A DNA stretch of 64,000 bases from Planktothrix sp. GU0601_MAG3 (GTDB lineage Bacteria > Cyanobacteriota > Cyanobacteriia > Cyanobacteriales > Microcoleaceae). Numbering within the stretch: the stretch's first letter is position 1; each line of letters opens with the position of its first letter. Below are positions 22,419 through 33,187 of this stretch, piece after piece. The notes beneath the pieces are model-generated. The model did not search any database and was not told the DNA's origin. It saw only the letters and a program-made list of their open reading frames with translations. Where the stretch lies: NCBI GenBank assembly GCA_035193785.1, contig CP136572.1:5012578-5076577 (forward strand), written 5' to 3'. Position numbers and translations under genes: made by a program.

Positions 22419-23474
22419 CTATGAATAGCTGGCTCCGTTAGGCAGAATCGCCCCTTCGAGGCTGACTTCGTTTAGGTGATCAATATTAAGACTCGCACCG
22501 ATTAAGTTAGCTGCACAGAGGTTAGCTCCGGTTAAATTGGCGCCTTTGAGGGAAGTCAAAAGCAGTCCGGCTCCGGTGAGATTGGCGTGGCTTAAGTTCG
22601 CTCCCCGCAAATCGGCTTCTAATAAAGTCGCTCCCTCTAAATTCGCCCCACTGAGGTTCGCCCCGCGCAAATTAGCCTTGGTTAAATCACAGTGTCTTAA
22701 ATCAGCATTTTGTAAATTCAAACCGTTTAAAGAGGAATTTTTAAGATTTGTGTCTTGGAGGTAGGCTCCTCTTAAGTTGGCTCCGTTTAAGTTGCTGCCA
22801 CTTAAATCCGCCCCTTGTAAGTTAGCCGCCGTCAGGTTAGCCACACCCAGATTAGCCTCTCGTAGACTAGCCTCGCTTAGATCGGCATGACTTAAATTAG
22901 CCCCACTCAGATTCCCTTGATTTAGGTAAGCTCGGACTAATTTGGCATGACTTAAATTAGCCCCACTCAGATCAACTTCAGTTAGAATGGTTCGAGTTAA
23001 GTTAGCTCCACTAAGATCAGCACCGCTTAAAATGGCTCGGCTGAGGGTTGCTCCCACTAAAATCGCGTCGGTGAGTTTGCAACCATTCAGGAGACAGGCT
23101 GAAATTAAACTGGCTCCGGTGAGGTTGGCCCCGGTCAAATCGGTTTGGGACAGAATCGCACCACTGAACATAACTCCACTCAGGTCAGCATTGCGTAAAA
23201 TAGTATCGGTCAGACTGGCCCCACTGAGATTCGCTTCAACCAGAACGGCCATGGAGAGGTTAACCTGGCTCAAATCAGCGCCGTTCAGATTAGCTCCAAT
23301 TAGGCGGGTACGAGATAAATTGGTTCCTTGTAAGTTGGCATTACTGAGATTAATTCGATTCAAATTTTCCCGTTTTAAGCAGGCTACCATCAGGTGGATA
23401 CCGCTAAAATTTCTCTCTCCTGTAGCATATCGAGTTAATAACTTATCGACATCAATGCTTTCATTAGCCTTCAT
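22419..23474 (-). CDS. Pentapeptide repeat protein
   Basis: YATGERNF N-cap followed by many A(N/D)Lxx repeats. Confidence 0.95.
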   Translation of the reverse strand: MKANESIDVDKLLTRYATGERNFSGIHLMVACLKRENLNRINLSNANLQGTNLSRTRLIGANLNGADLSQVNLSMAVLVEANLSGASLTDTILRNADLSGVMFSGAILSQTDLTGANLTGASLISACLLNGCKLTDAILVGATLSRAILSGADLSGANLTRTILTEVDLSGANLSHAKLVRAYLNQGNLSGANLSHADLSEASLREANLGVANLTAANLQGADLSGSNLNGANLRGAYLQDTNLKNSSLNGLNLQNADLRHCDLTKANLRGANLSGANLEGATLLEADLRGANLSHANLTGAGLLLTSLKGANLTGANLCAANLIGASLNIDHLNEVSLEGAILPNGASYS

Positions 23475-24019
23475 AAAAAATGAACGGTTTTATTTAATGT
23501 GTAAATAGTAGAAGCAGACCATGAATGGCTTCAATTGCAGTTCATAGCAAGGAAAAAAAATGCACAATAACATTTATGGGTGTGTAATCATGGATAATTC
23601 AACCCTGATTAGATTTAAGTCTAAATTCTTTGTTAGAATCTAACTGTATCGGGTTTTGCTACCGGACTACATTTCGGTGAGTTGCTAACCCCAAAGTTAA
23701 TTGGGCTTAACTGGTATCACCTGCAATATAGGTGTACTGGGTGATTAATCGCCAGATTATTGCTAAACAGAATTGTTGAAAATCATAGTGCGGCGGTCGT
23801 GGAATATCCCGCAGCATATATAAAATAGTATAAGAATAAAAATGCTGATCAGCATTGAAGGAGGATGGATAACTTTTGATTGGGGATAACCCCAAAACGG
23901 GTAAATTAACCGAGCTTGAGCCGGATGTTGGTTTCAGACGAGAATAACGGGCTAAAAGTCTAACCCGGAAGAAATTCCTCCATCGCTGTTGATTTGGGAT
24001 ATTCATAGGATGTTTTAAT

Positions 24020-24128
24020 CCTAAACCCCCTTCTTGCTAATCCTACGACGGTTTAGGCAGAATCGCCTTTCCTTTAAGTGGACTCGTTGAACCAAGAATC
24101 CACTTGCCTTTAGGCAGTGAAGTGTCAA
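24020..24128 (+). mobile_element. Orphan IS200/IS605 right end (omega-RNA-like 3' region) without tnpB
   Basis: GACTCGTTGAACCAAGAATCCACTTGCCTTTAGGCAGTGAAGTGTCAA parallels the AAGAATCCC...GAGTGTCAA right end at 18158-18192. Confidence 0.7.
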
Positions 24129-24276
24129 CTCGATTGATCACAATTATTTCTTAAATTAATCATAATCGCTGAAGGCTCAACTGGGCAAGTGTCAGATTCA
24201 AAGTGCTAAACACTGGATCACTAAACCCGGGAAACCTCCATACTAAGATTAAAGTGTGATCCTGTTAGGAGATTCT

Positions 24277-25333
24277 ATGGAAATTCGCGGTGTCTGGTTA
24301 ACCAATACGGACAGTCGAGTGCTGTTTTCTCGACAGACCATTGCAGAAGCGATGGAATTCTTGGCGGAGACGGGTTTTAATGTGGTGTTTCCGGTGGTTT
24401 GGAATAAGGGCGTAACTTTTTATCGCTCTCAGGTGATGGCTCAAACCTTTGGGATTGAAATTGATTTCTATGCTAAGGGACGTGACCCTTTACAGGAAGT
24501 GATTGAGGAAGGTCATCGGGTTGGGTTGAAAGTAATTCCTTGGTTTGAATTTGGGTTTGCGAGTTTCTTATCAACAAAATGGGGGCCGAATTTTATCCCA
24601 AAAACCCGGCTGGTCGGGGATTAATTCCACGGGGGGGTTAGTTGTTAAAAATGGGTTTGAGTGGATGAATGCTTTTGACCCAGAAGTACAAAATTTTGTT
24701 CTAAGTTTAGTTTTGGAGGTGGTGAGAAAATACGATATTGATGGGGTGCAAGGGGATGACCGGATGCCAGCAATGCCCTCGGAAGGAGGTTATGATCCGA
24801 AAACCGTTGCTCTTTATCGGGAGGAATTTGGGCGTCAACCTCCGACCTATCATAAAGACCCACAATGGGTACAATGGCGGGCGAATATCCTAACTAATTT
24901 TTTAATTCGTTTGCGTCGAGAAGTCAGGGCAATTAAGCCTAATTTGTTGATTTCTATGGCTCCTAGTGTTTATAAATGGGGTTTAGATGAATATTTACAG
25001 GATTATATTGCTTGGATTGATCAAGATTTAGTTGATTGGATTCACCCTCAGTTATATCGACGCAATTTTTGGAGTTATAAAGGGTTAGTTGATCAATTGG
25101 TTGATGTTCAATTTAGAGATTGGCAGTTACCAAAACTTTCTCCGGGGATTTTAGCAAAAATAGGTTCCTATTGCATTACGACTGATGATTTATTAAAGTC
25201 AATTGACTATAATCGGTTTAAGGGAGTTCAGGGAGAAATATTTTTCTTTTATGAAGCCCTAAGATTGAATAATAATGCTTTGGCAACAGCTTTGAAAAAA
25301 GGCCCCTATGCTGTTCCGGCTAGATTGAGGTAG
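24277..25333 (+). CDS. Glycoside hydrolase-like 10 (GHL10/DUF187) protein (frameshift near 24565)
   Basis: EIRGVWLTN, DPLQEVIEEGH, PWFEFG, YDIDGVQGDD. Confidence 0.88.
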
Positions 25334-25435
25334 GGGGCAAGCAGGGCCGTTTCATTTTCCAAAATTGGGGAGTCAAATTGAGTCCTCAATTTTTCACAAT
25401 TGAGGCGAAAAAACTGATTAATTCTAATTTAATTT

Positions 25436-26894
25436 CTAGGTCTTTTTATTTTTAAAGATTTTAAAAATGCCAAATATGAATAAACCCGATAATAACGCAA
25501 CTATAAAACTAAGGGTAAGGGATCTTCCAAGGTTTATGACGGGATTATCAGTCGCATATTGATTTAATAATAGACCGGAAACTAGAGCCTGTAATTCCTC
25601 CGGCACTCATGCCTGTACCGACGGCTAAAATAGTGATTTGCAGGTCATAATTGTTTTGTTTGTCCCGTTCTTCCTGACCTCGTTGGTTTTCGGTTTGTTC
25701 AATTTCTGTAATCCCCCGAATAGATGCGATCGCTCGATCTACTAAAGTAGAACCCTCAACAAAATAGTTGAGTTCATCGTTAATTCGTTCTTGAAAATAT
25801 TGACTATCCTGATTAATAAAACCGAGGAAAAAATCTAAGTTTTGGCTATCATTAATTAATGATTTCTCTTTTAATTTGCGTTGAATTGTTTTTAAAGTTT
25901 GTTGATAGTTTTTACTATTAATTGCAATTGTATTTCTATAATGTTTTAAATTGCGGAGGGTTTGAGAATAGGTAAAATCTTGGTGAGATAAGGCTTTAAT
26001 TCTTTGTTTAAGAAACTTTAAGTCTGCTTCATCTAAAAAAGATTCATCTGTTATTTCCTGATTTAAAAACTCATTTAAACTTTTGATTTCCCGTTCAATT
26101 TCACCATAACATTTAAAGGCTTTTTCATATTGTTTGAGGCTTTCCTGATAGGCTGTAATCACTTTATTACGATAAAAAAATAAATCAATAAATTCAGAAT
26201 AACAATAAATAAAATCCTCACTGCTTTGATTCTCTATGAATAACCAAATTAAAAGATGACAGTAAGGGAGGTCTGAAGAATCAATATTGATTTCACTTAA
26301 ATTATCATATTCAAAAATAGGACTCCCAAATAATTCTCCCTGGTTTTGTAGAGGAGGACGTTGTTGATTATTGGGGATAAATTCTTCTAAGCATTTTTGA
26401 GCTAAAATTTCTAAATCTTCAATTGAGCTTTGTTTAAATTCCTCTGGAATAAAAGCAGTAATTAATAAAGTTTGTCCGAGAGAACTATCAACAAATTCGG
26501 GTAAAAATATCTGATCTCGATTAATTTCTCGGAAAAATTTTAACGATATTTCTTCTGTTTTTTTGCCGTTTTCCTGTTCGGGACGACGTAAATTAAACGC
26601 TACAGCATAACTATCATGCAGACATTGGGGATAAATCCTGACCGTAATTGGGGTTTCACTATTAGGGAGTTTCCCGTATATTTTAATCAGTGAATTTTTG
26701 GATTTTTCGGAAACTTCATCATCATATTGAGCAAGATTCAACCGTTCTGAAAAACATAGTTTTTCCAATATTTGATAACACTTATCAAAAAGTTTTTGAG
26801 GGTTTTCAACTCTATTATTGCCATCATCCCTTAAGGATTTGCAGAGATGAAAAGCAAATAAATGTAAATTGGGAGCATAAACTTTTTCTATCAT
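25436..26894 (-). CDS. Uncharacterised ~485-aa protein with long helical stalk and two C-terminal TM helices (putative membrane effector; +1 indel near 25580)
   Basis: ORF 25548-26894 extends after removing one T to ...GSSSGLLLNQY...RSLTLSFIVALLSGLFIFGIFKIFKNKKT*; first TM LQITILAVGTGMSAGGI. Confidence 0.75.
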
Positions 26895-26895
26895 C

Positions 26896-27342
26896 TTAAC
26901 GATTAATCAATTGGCTTAAAATTTGCTTAATATAATCCAGAATAGGAACTTTAACCGGGCAATTCTCGTTACTTTCAGGAGGAGGTGTAATTAAAATTCT
27001 AACTTCAGAATCTGAATTTTTTGATTGAGAATCTTCTGAGGTTTCGAGTTGAAAATTAGGAATAATCCAGCGATCTTTATGGGGATCAGAATCAATAATT
27101 TCATCGAGTTCTTTACGAGATTTTCCCTTCTTAGCTTGATCATATAGATTTAACTGTTCCTCATGATCTCCACACCATTCTATAATAGAATTCGCAGCTT
27201 GTTGAATTTGATCAAGGTTTAACTGTTCCAGTTCTTTGAATAATTCTGTTAAACTGGATTTATCCTGATCTTCAAGAATGGGCGGTTGAATTTCTAACAG
27301 TTCTAAAAAGCAGACTAGGGTTTCAATAGAGTCTTGCATCAT
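26896..27342 (-). CDS. Small acidic protein between CHAT protease and TM effector
   Basis: 148-aa ORF with helical N-half and acidic S/E/P-rich linker; stop lies 1 bp from the next start. Confidence 0.75.
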   Translation of the reverse strand: MMQDSIETLVCFLELLEIQPPILEDQDKSSLTELFKELEQLNLDQIQQAANSIIEWCGDHEEQLNLYDQAKKGKSRKELDEIIDSDPHKDRWIIPNFQLETSEDSQSKNSDSEVRILITPPPESNENCPVKVPILDYIKQILSQLINR

Positions 27343-27391
27343 TTATTTTCTCAACGGATTGACAATAATAGAATATCAAGAGCATTTTAAG

Positions 27392-30300
27392 CTATTTTCC
27401 AATTGCACAGAAACCCGCCCAATAATAGGCTTCTTTAAAAGGTTGATAGGTTGGTTGTCTCATCCCTAAGTTTAGCTGTTGACGGAGTTTTTGTTTGGAT
27501 TCTGGTTTTAATGGTAGCGCATACAACCATTTTAGGAGGTTTTCTTTGTCAACGGTTCTTAACCAGCTTTGGGCTTGATTTAAGGCTAAACTCACGGACT
27601 TTTCAGACGGGAACAGTTCATAAAACTTAATCATTAAAATCGCCGTTGATAAATCACTGACTCGCCATAAACTACAAATCACATTTTTAACCCCCGCAAA
27701 CAGAAACCCACTGGGAAGACTAATATATTCTTCTAAAGTCTGATCAAATTGTGTTAACCCCGTTTCACAGGCGGATAATATCACCAGTTTCCCCTTTTGG
27801 GAAATCTAAACTAAAGATTTCGCGTAGAGTATAACATTGATCGGTATCGACTTGTTTACCTTTTCTCCAAGAAAGATAACGCTTGGTTTTTGGAGGGTCT
27901 AATTCTTCCTGAGTTTGGCGATCGCTCGATTGAAATACTTCTACAATTCCACCTGCTAAAATTAAATGGGATAATAACGGGAATTCAAAGTTAAACGACC
28001 CGTGACAAGCAAAGTGGAGATAATTCGCATCTCGAAACAGGTCGCTATTGGGGGGTTGAGTTAGGGCGATTTTAGTTGCTTTTTCACGCGATAAAGTATT
28101 AGCGGTAAATTGAGATGCGATCGCATCTACTTCTAATTCTGCAAAGTCTAAGTCTTCCGTGGGATTTTGAATCGCAAATAATTGAATATTGTTAACAGCA
28201 TTATCTGGCTTTTCTTCTCGCAAAGCAATATTTTCTAACGACATTAACCCCATTTGCAGACTTGGTAAATATTGCACCCCCTGAGAAAATTGATCAAACA
28301 AACAGAGGGTTTTTCCGTTCTCTTTAGCAACGGGTAAAGCATGGAGGGGAAATAAATGTAATTCTCGATAGGGAACTAAGATTAACCGTTGACAGAAGGC
28401 GGGAATTTTACTCAAAATATACTGAATATTCAGAATTTCGGCTAATTCTTCTAAAAACGGTTCTAACTGATTTTCCCAGATGTCGGTTTTGCTATTATAG
28501 GTTTCTAAATAGCGATCGCGCAACTCCCCTAACTCCGTCACCGCTTCCGGTTTTGATTGCCAATAATCAGCGCGAAAACTTGATTGATCATCCTTCTCCC
28601 CCTTTTCTAAGGCTATGCCCTGAGCTTGCCGAAGGAGGGGTTGGGGGGAATCTGCCCAAACTATAAACGCATAAATCCTTTCCGACGCGATAAACCATTC
28701 CACTAAGGCCGTTTTCTCTGGCAATAATGCCGGAATTTCTGATAGATTAATCCGTTGCACCCGTTGGGTATATTCAAAGGTGAGATCAAAATCTTTAATC
28801 TGTTCTAAAACTTGATTTAATTCCTGCTTTTGCTGAACCAAAGTTTCCCGAATTTGATTAATAGAATCAATGGGAAGATTAACAGCACCCGCACTTCGAC
28901 TTTGAGGAGAATCTGGATCAATACCAGCAGCAAGAATATTGCCGTCCAAAGATTCGATAAACCGTTGATTGGCTGAAAGTTCCCGACGCAACTGTTCTAA
29001 CCGTTGACAAATCTCTGGTGGAGTATTTTTCGGCAATAAATCCCGGTTAACCAAGAGTTTCAATTAAACTGCGAGACTTGCCGCGCTCAAGGGTGACTAA
29101 GGCTTGAGCGATCTGGTTCTGATGCAGATAAGCTTGGACAAGGCGTTCATAAACCTCAACATTCTCACGCCGTCGCTGTTGTTTATTGGCGTCGGAGCGA
29201 TCGCGGTGACAGAGTTCTTCTAAAGCATCCAGGGCGGCTTCATAGCCCGTAATAGCCAGTTGCCAGTTTTCCACCTCAAAGGCAGTATTACCCAATTTAC
29301 GCCCGATCAATAAATATTCTACCGGAAACTTCAGGGGAGAAGATAAAGCTAAGGCAGATTGCCACGTTTCCAAGGCTTCAGGGATTTGTTGCAGGTTTTT
29401 GTAAGTATCTGCCAAGCCATTCAGACGATAAAATTCTCCGCTACGATCTCCGATTTCCCGTGCAATGGTTAAAGCTTGCTGAAGATACTCGATAGCTTGT
29501 TGATACTGTCCCAAGGAATGGTAAGCAATGCCCAAATTGCCCAGAACATTGCCTTCTCCCCCACGATATCCAATTTCTCGTAAAATCATTGAAGCTTGCT
29601 GATGATACTCGATAGCTTGTTGATATTGTCCCAAAGAATAGTAAGCATTGCCCAAATCGCCCAGAGCATTGCCTTCTACCCCACGATCTCCGATTTCCCG
29701 TGAAATTGTTAAAGCCTGCTGATGATACTCGATAGCTAGTTGATACTGCCCCAAAGAATAGTAAGCATTGCCCAAATTGCCCAGATCAGCGCCTTCTCCC
29801 CGACGATCTCCGATTTCCCGTGCAATGGTTAAATGCTGCTGATAATAGTCGATAGCTTGTTGATACTGCCCCAAGCAACAGTAATCACTGCCCAAATTGC
29901 CCAGCGCATTGCCTTCTCCCCCACGATCTCCGATTTCCCGTGCAATTGTTAAATGCTGCTGATCATAGTCGATAGCTAGTTGATATTGTCCCAAAGAACG
30001 GTAAGCAACGCCCAAATTGCCCAGATCAGAGCCTTCTCCCCCACGATCTCCGATTTCCCGTGAAATTGTTAAAGCCTGCTGATGATAGTCGATAGCTTGT
30101 TGATATTGTCCCAAAGAACGGTAAGCAACGCCCAAATTGCCCAGAGCATTGCCTTCTCCCCGACGATCTCCGATTTCCCGTGCAATGGCCAAATGCTGCT
30201 GATGATAGTTGATAGCTTCTTCATACTGCCCTAATGAATTGTAAGCATTCCCCAAATTGCCCAGACCATTGCCTTCTCCCTGACGATCTCCGATTTCACG

Positions 30301-30540
30301 GGAGATCCTTAAAGCCTGTTGATAATACTTGATGGCTTGTTGATACCGCCCCAAGGAATCGTAAGCATTGCCCAAAGCACCCAGAGCAGAGCCTTCTCCC
30401 TGACGATCTCCGATTTCCCGATAAATCGTTAAAGCTTGCTGCCAGGATTGTAACGCTTGGCGATATTGACTACGGTAAAATTCCTCAACTCCTTGATTAA
30501 ATAAGCGATCCGCTTCAGCTTGTTTCTGTTCTGGGGTCAT
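27392..30540 (-). CDS. TPR-repeat CHAT-domain (caspase-like) protease, about 1048 aa after fixing two +1 indels
   Basis: 40-aa TPR repeats, ERGKSRSL linker, LHLFPLHAL, catalytic HFACHG and ILSACETG, SLWRVSD, YYWAGF. Confidence 0.92.
29440..30430. repeat. 120-bp intragenic tandem repeat (8-9 units) encoding TPRs
   Basis: CGATCTCCGATTTCCCG and CCCAAATTGCCCAG recur at exact 120-bp spacing. Confidence 0.9.
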
Positions 30541-30592
30541 GGCACAATTCCTGGGTATGGGCTGGGGTTGCTGATATTGATTTTAACTTGAA

Positions 30593-30826
30593 CAGGACTT
30601 ACGCAAGCAGGCTATATATAGGGTGTCAAAAGTAGGCGATCGCATACCAATGATAATAGCAATCGCCCTCAAAAGTCCTAATTATTTATTTTCCTCCCAA
30701 TGTTGGGGGCTAGGGGGCTAGAATTTCCCCCCAATGTTGGGGGCTAGGGGGCTAGATGGCTTGAAATGTATAGTGTATTTGCCCCCTAAATCCCCCAAAA
30801 TTGGGGGACTTTAAGAGGTTGTCCTG
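30593..30826. repeat. Cluster of small dispersed repeats / MITE end
   Basis: CAGGACTTACGCA TIR at 30593; duplicated CCCAATGTTGGGGGCTAGGGGGCTAGA; CCCCCTAAATCCCCCAAAATTGGGGGACTT palindrome. Confidence 0.65.
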
Positions 30827-30866
30827 TTAAAGCGATCTCGGTGTCAATTTCAAAACTGGTTTAAGG

Positions 30867-32294
30867 ATGATGCCAAATAGTTTGAAAATAGAAAAGATAA
30901 AATTATCTATAATTATTCCGTTCTGGCAACAGGGGGATTTTTTATTAGATATGATCACGAGTTTAGAGTATAATTTAGAGATTAGTTATGAATTTATTAT
31001 TTTATTAAATCGCAATTTACTTGATTTTGAGTTAGCTGATATTATCAATTATTTAAACTTGCAAGATCATCAGGTTTTATATTTTGAACCTCCTTTTAAT
31101 AGTCAAGAAATTTTTAATCAAGCTATTGCACAAGCCCGGGGTGATTATATTGTTTGGCTACAATATCCGGTGATCTTGTATCCGAAAGGTTTGGCAGAAG
31201 CTATTAATATTTTAGATAATAATTTAGAGGTTGATGGAGTTGATCAGATTCAACAATTCACAGATTTTGAAGAAAATAGAGAGGAGGTAAAAATTGGATA
31301 TATTTTTAGAAAGGCAATTTGGGAAACGGAAGTTATATTCAAGGAAGATTATATAGATAATTTCAATGGTGAATTTCATTTTAGAAATAGTCCAAATAAT
31401 TTAATTATTAATCAAATTTCCGAAAAGATATGTGAGGTTAAATTTAATCCTAGTTTAAATCCAGAAATCCAACAATTACCTTTAGTTAGTGTTTGTATTC
31501 CGAGTTATAACGGAGAAAAGTTTATTGCTGAAGCGATATCTAGTATTTTATCTCAAACCTATTCAGCAATAGAATTAATTATTTCTGATGATCATTCCTG
31601 GGATAATACGATCGCGATCGCCCAATCTTTTCAAACCCAAACTTCTATTCCCATTAATATTTTAACTCATCAGACTTTAGGATTAGCGGAAAATAGCAAT
31701 TTTTGTATTAATCAATCTCAAGGTAAATATATTAAATTTGTCTATCAAGATGATATTTTAATGCCTAATTGTATCGAAAAAATGGTTAATTTAGCTGAAT
31801 CAGATCCCGATATTGGATTGGTTTTTTCCCCCAGAGAAATGTTTTTTCTTGATCCAGAAAATATTAATTTAGAATTAATTGCAGTTTATCAACAATTTGC
31901 TAATTTACATCAAAGTTGGTCTGATTTAAAAGCAATTCAATGGGGAAAAGACCTCTTAGCTGATCCGAATTTATGGCAACATCCGATTAATAAAATTGGA
32001 GAACCAAGCACCGTATTATTAAGAAAATCCGTATTTAAAACCGTCGCTGGTTTTGACCCCGAATTAAATCAATTAGTCGATTTGGATTTATGGTGGAGAA
32101 TATTAGCCCAATTTAAAGTGGGTTTTGTCGAAGAAACTCTATCTTATTTTAGACTTCATGCGCAACAAAAAACCTGTCAAAATATGTTAGAAGGTCAAGC
32201 AATGGATCTGAATTTTTATGATAAAATCTATTCCCATCCCGATTATCAGCTATTTTCTCCCCAATTTCGAGCCTCAAGCGGAATTGATCTATAA
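30867..32294 (+). CDS. Glycosyltransferase family 2 (degenerate N-terminal GT2 plus intact C-terminal GT2)
   Basis: PLVSVCIPSYNGEKFIAEAISSILSQTY, SDDHS, YQDD, IGEPSTVLLR, DLDLW. Confidence 0.88.
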   Translation: MMPNSLKIEKIKLSIIIPFWQQGDFLLDMITSLEYNLEISYEFIILLNRNLLDFELADIINYLNLQDHQVLYFEPPFNSQEIFNQAIAQARGDYIVWLQYPVILYPKGLAEAINILDNNLEVDGVDQIQQFTDFEENREEVKIGYIFRKAIWETEVIFKEDYIDNFNGEFHFRNSPNNLIINQISEKICEVKFNPSLNPEIQQLPLVSVCIPSYNGEKFIAEAISSILSQTYSAIELIISDDHSWDNTIAIAQSFQTQTSIPINILTHQTLGLAENSNFCINQSQGKYIKFVYQDDILMPNCIEKMVNLAESDPDIGLVFSPREMFFLDPENINLELIAVYQQFANLHQSWSDLKAIQWGKDLLADPNLWQHPINKIGEPSTVLLRKSVFKTVAGFDPELNQLVDLDLWWRILAQFKVGFVEETLSYFRLHAQQKTCQNMLEGQAMDLNFYDKIYSHPDYQLFSPQFRASSGIDL

Positions 32295-32371
32295 TTCTAT
32301 CCCATGGGGTTTGCTAACCTAACCCAAATCCTGTAAAGTTTATTCAGAAATAACTTAGGACTATTTTAACT

Positions 32372-33167
32372 ATGGCTAATTTTCTCACTCCTAGCACAAT
32401 TCCTGGTGTATTTGCCCTTTTAGCAAGTCCCCAAGATGATAATATTCTTCTGTTTTCTGGACAGGTTTCTGCCTATCCAGACGGTGTACTATTATTAGCG
32501 GGAAACGATAATTTACAGAGTTCTAATATAAACGATAATTTGCTAATTAATGGCAACCAAGGAAATGATACTCTGGTGGCATCCAATGGATTTGATACGC
32601 TATTTGGTGGACAAGATGGTGATCGGATTTTTGCCAGTTTCTGGTAATGATTTAATCTTCGGAAATTTCGGAGATGATGTCTTAGAAGGAGGGTTTAATG
32701 CCGATAGTATTTATGGCGGTCAAGGTAATGATACTCTTTATGGTGACGAAGATGCAGATATACTATTTGGTGATCTGGGAAATGATATTGTAGATGGGGA
32801 TGCCGGGGTTGATACATTAATCGGTGGTTTAGGAAATGATACCTTTATTTTTGACCCGGGTGAAGCCAGTTTTCGGGTTCGGGATGTGGATGAAATTCGA
32901 CAGTTTGAACCGGGTACCAGTCCGTTTAATGGGGATAAAATTGCAGTACCCGTGGGAACTCAAATTGATCCGAATTCCTTATTTCGAGATCGGTTTGATT
33001 TGTTACCCCAAGAAAATGATCTCAATGGCGATGGCTTAAATGATATTATTGTGGAATTATTGGACGGACGAATTTTGGGTGTGGTGATTAACGATGGCTT
33101 TTTACCTGCTCAGTTAACCTTTGATTTGGATTTCGTTTTCGGTAGCGGATTTGATTTTAATTTATAA
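32372..33167 (+). CDS. RTX/hemolysin-type calcium-binding protein (frameshift near 32640)
   Basis: Repeated GNQGNDTL / GGQGNDTLYG / GGLGNDTF nonapeptides. Confidence 0.85.
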
Positions 33168-33187
33168 ATAAAACCCAGGAGCTTTTT

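Noticed and set aside
22537..23508. Plus-strand ORFs of 75 and 173 aa
   Set aside because: Antisense shadows of the pentapeptide repeat gene.
23707..24006. 99-aa minus-strand ORF
   Set aside because: No recognisable motif; cannot be supported as a gene without homology data.
29440..30430. CRISPR array or DGR template/variable repeat
   Set aside because: Units are contiguous in-frame 120-bp coding repeats without unique spacers; no cas or reverse transcriptase gene is nearby.
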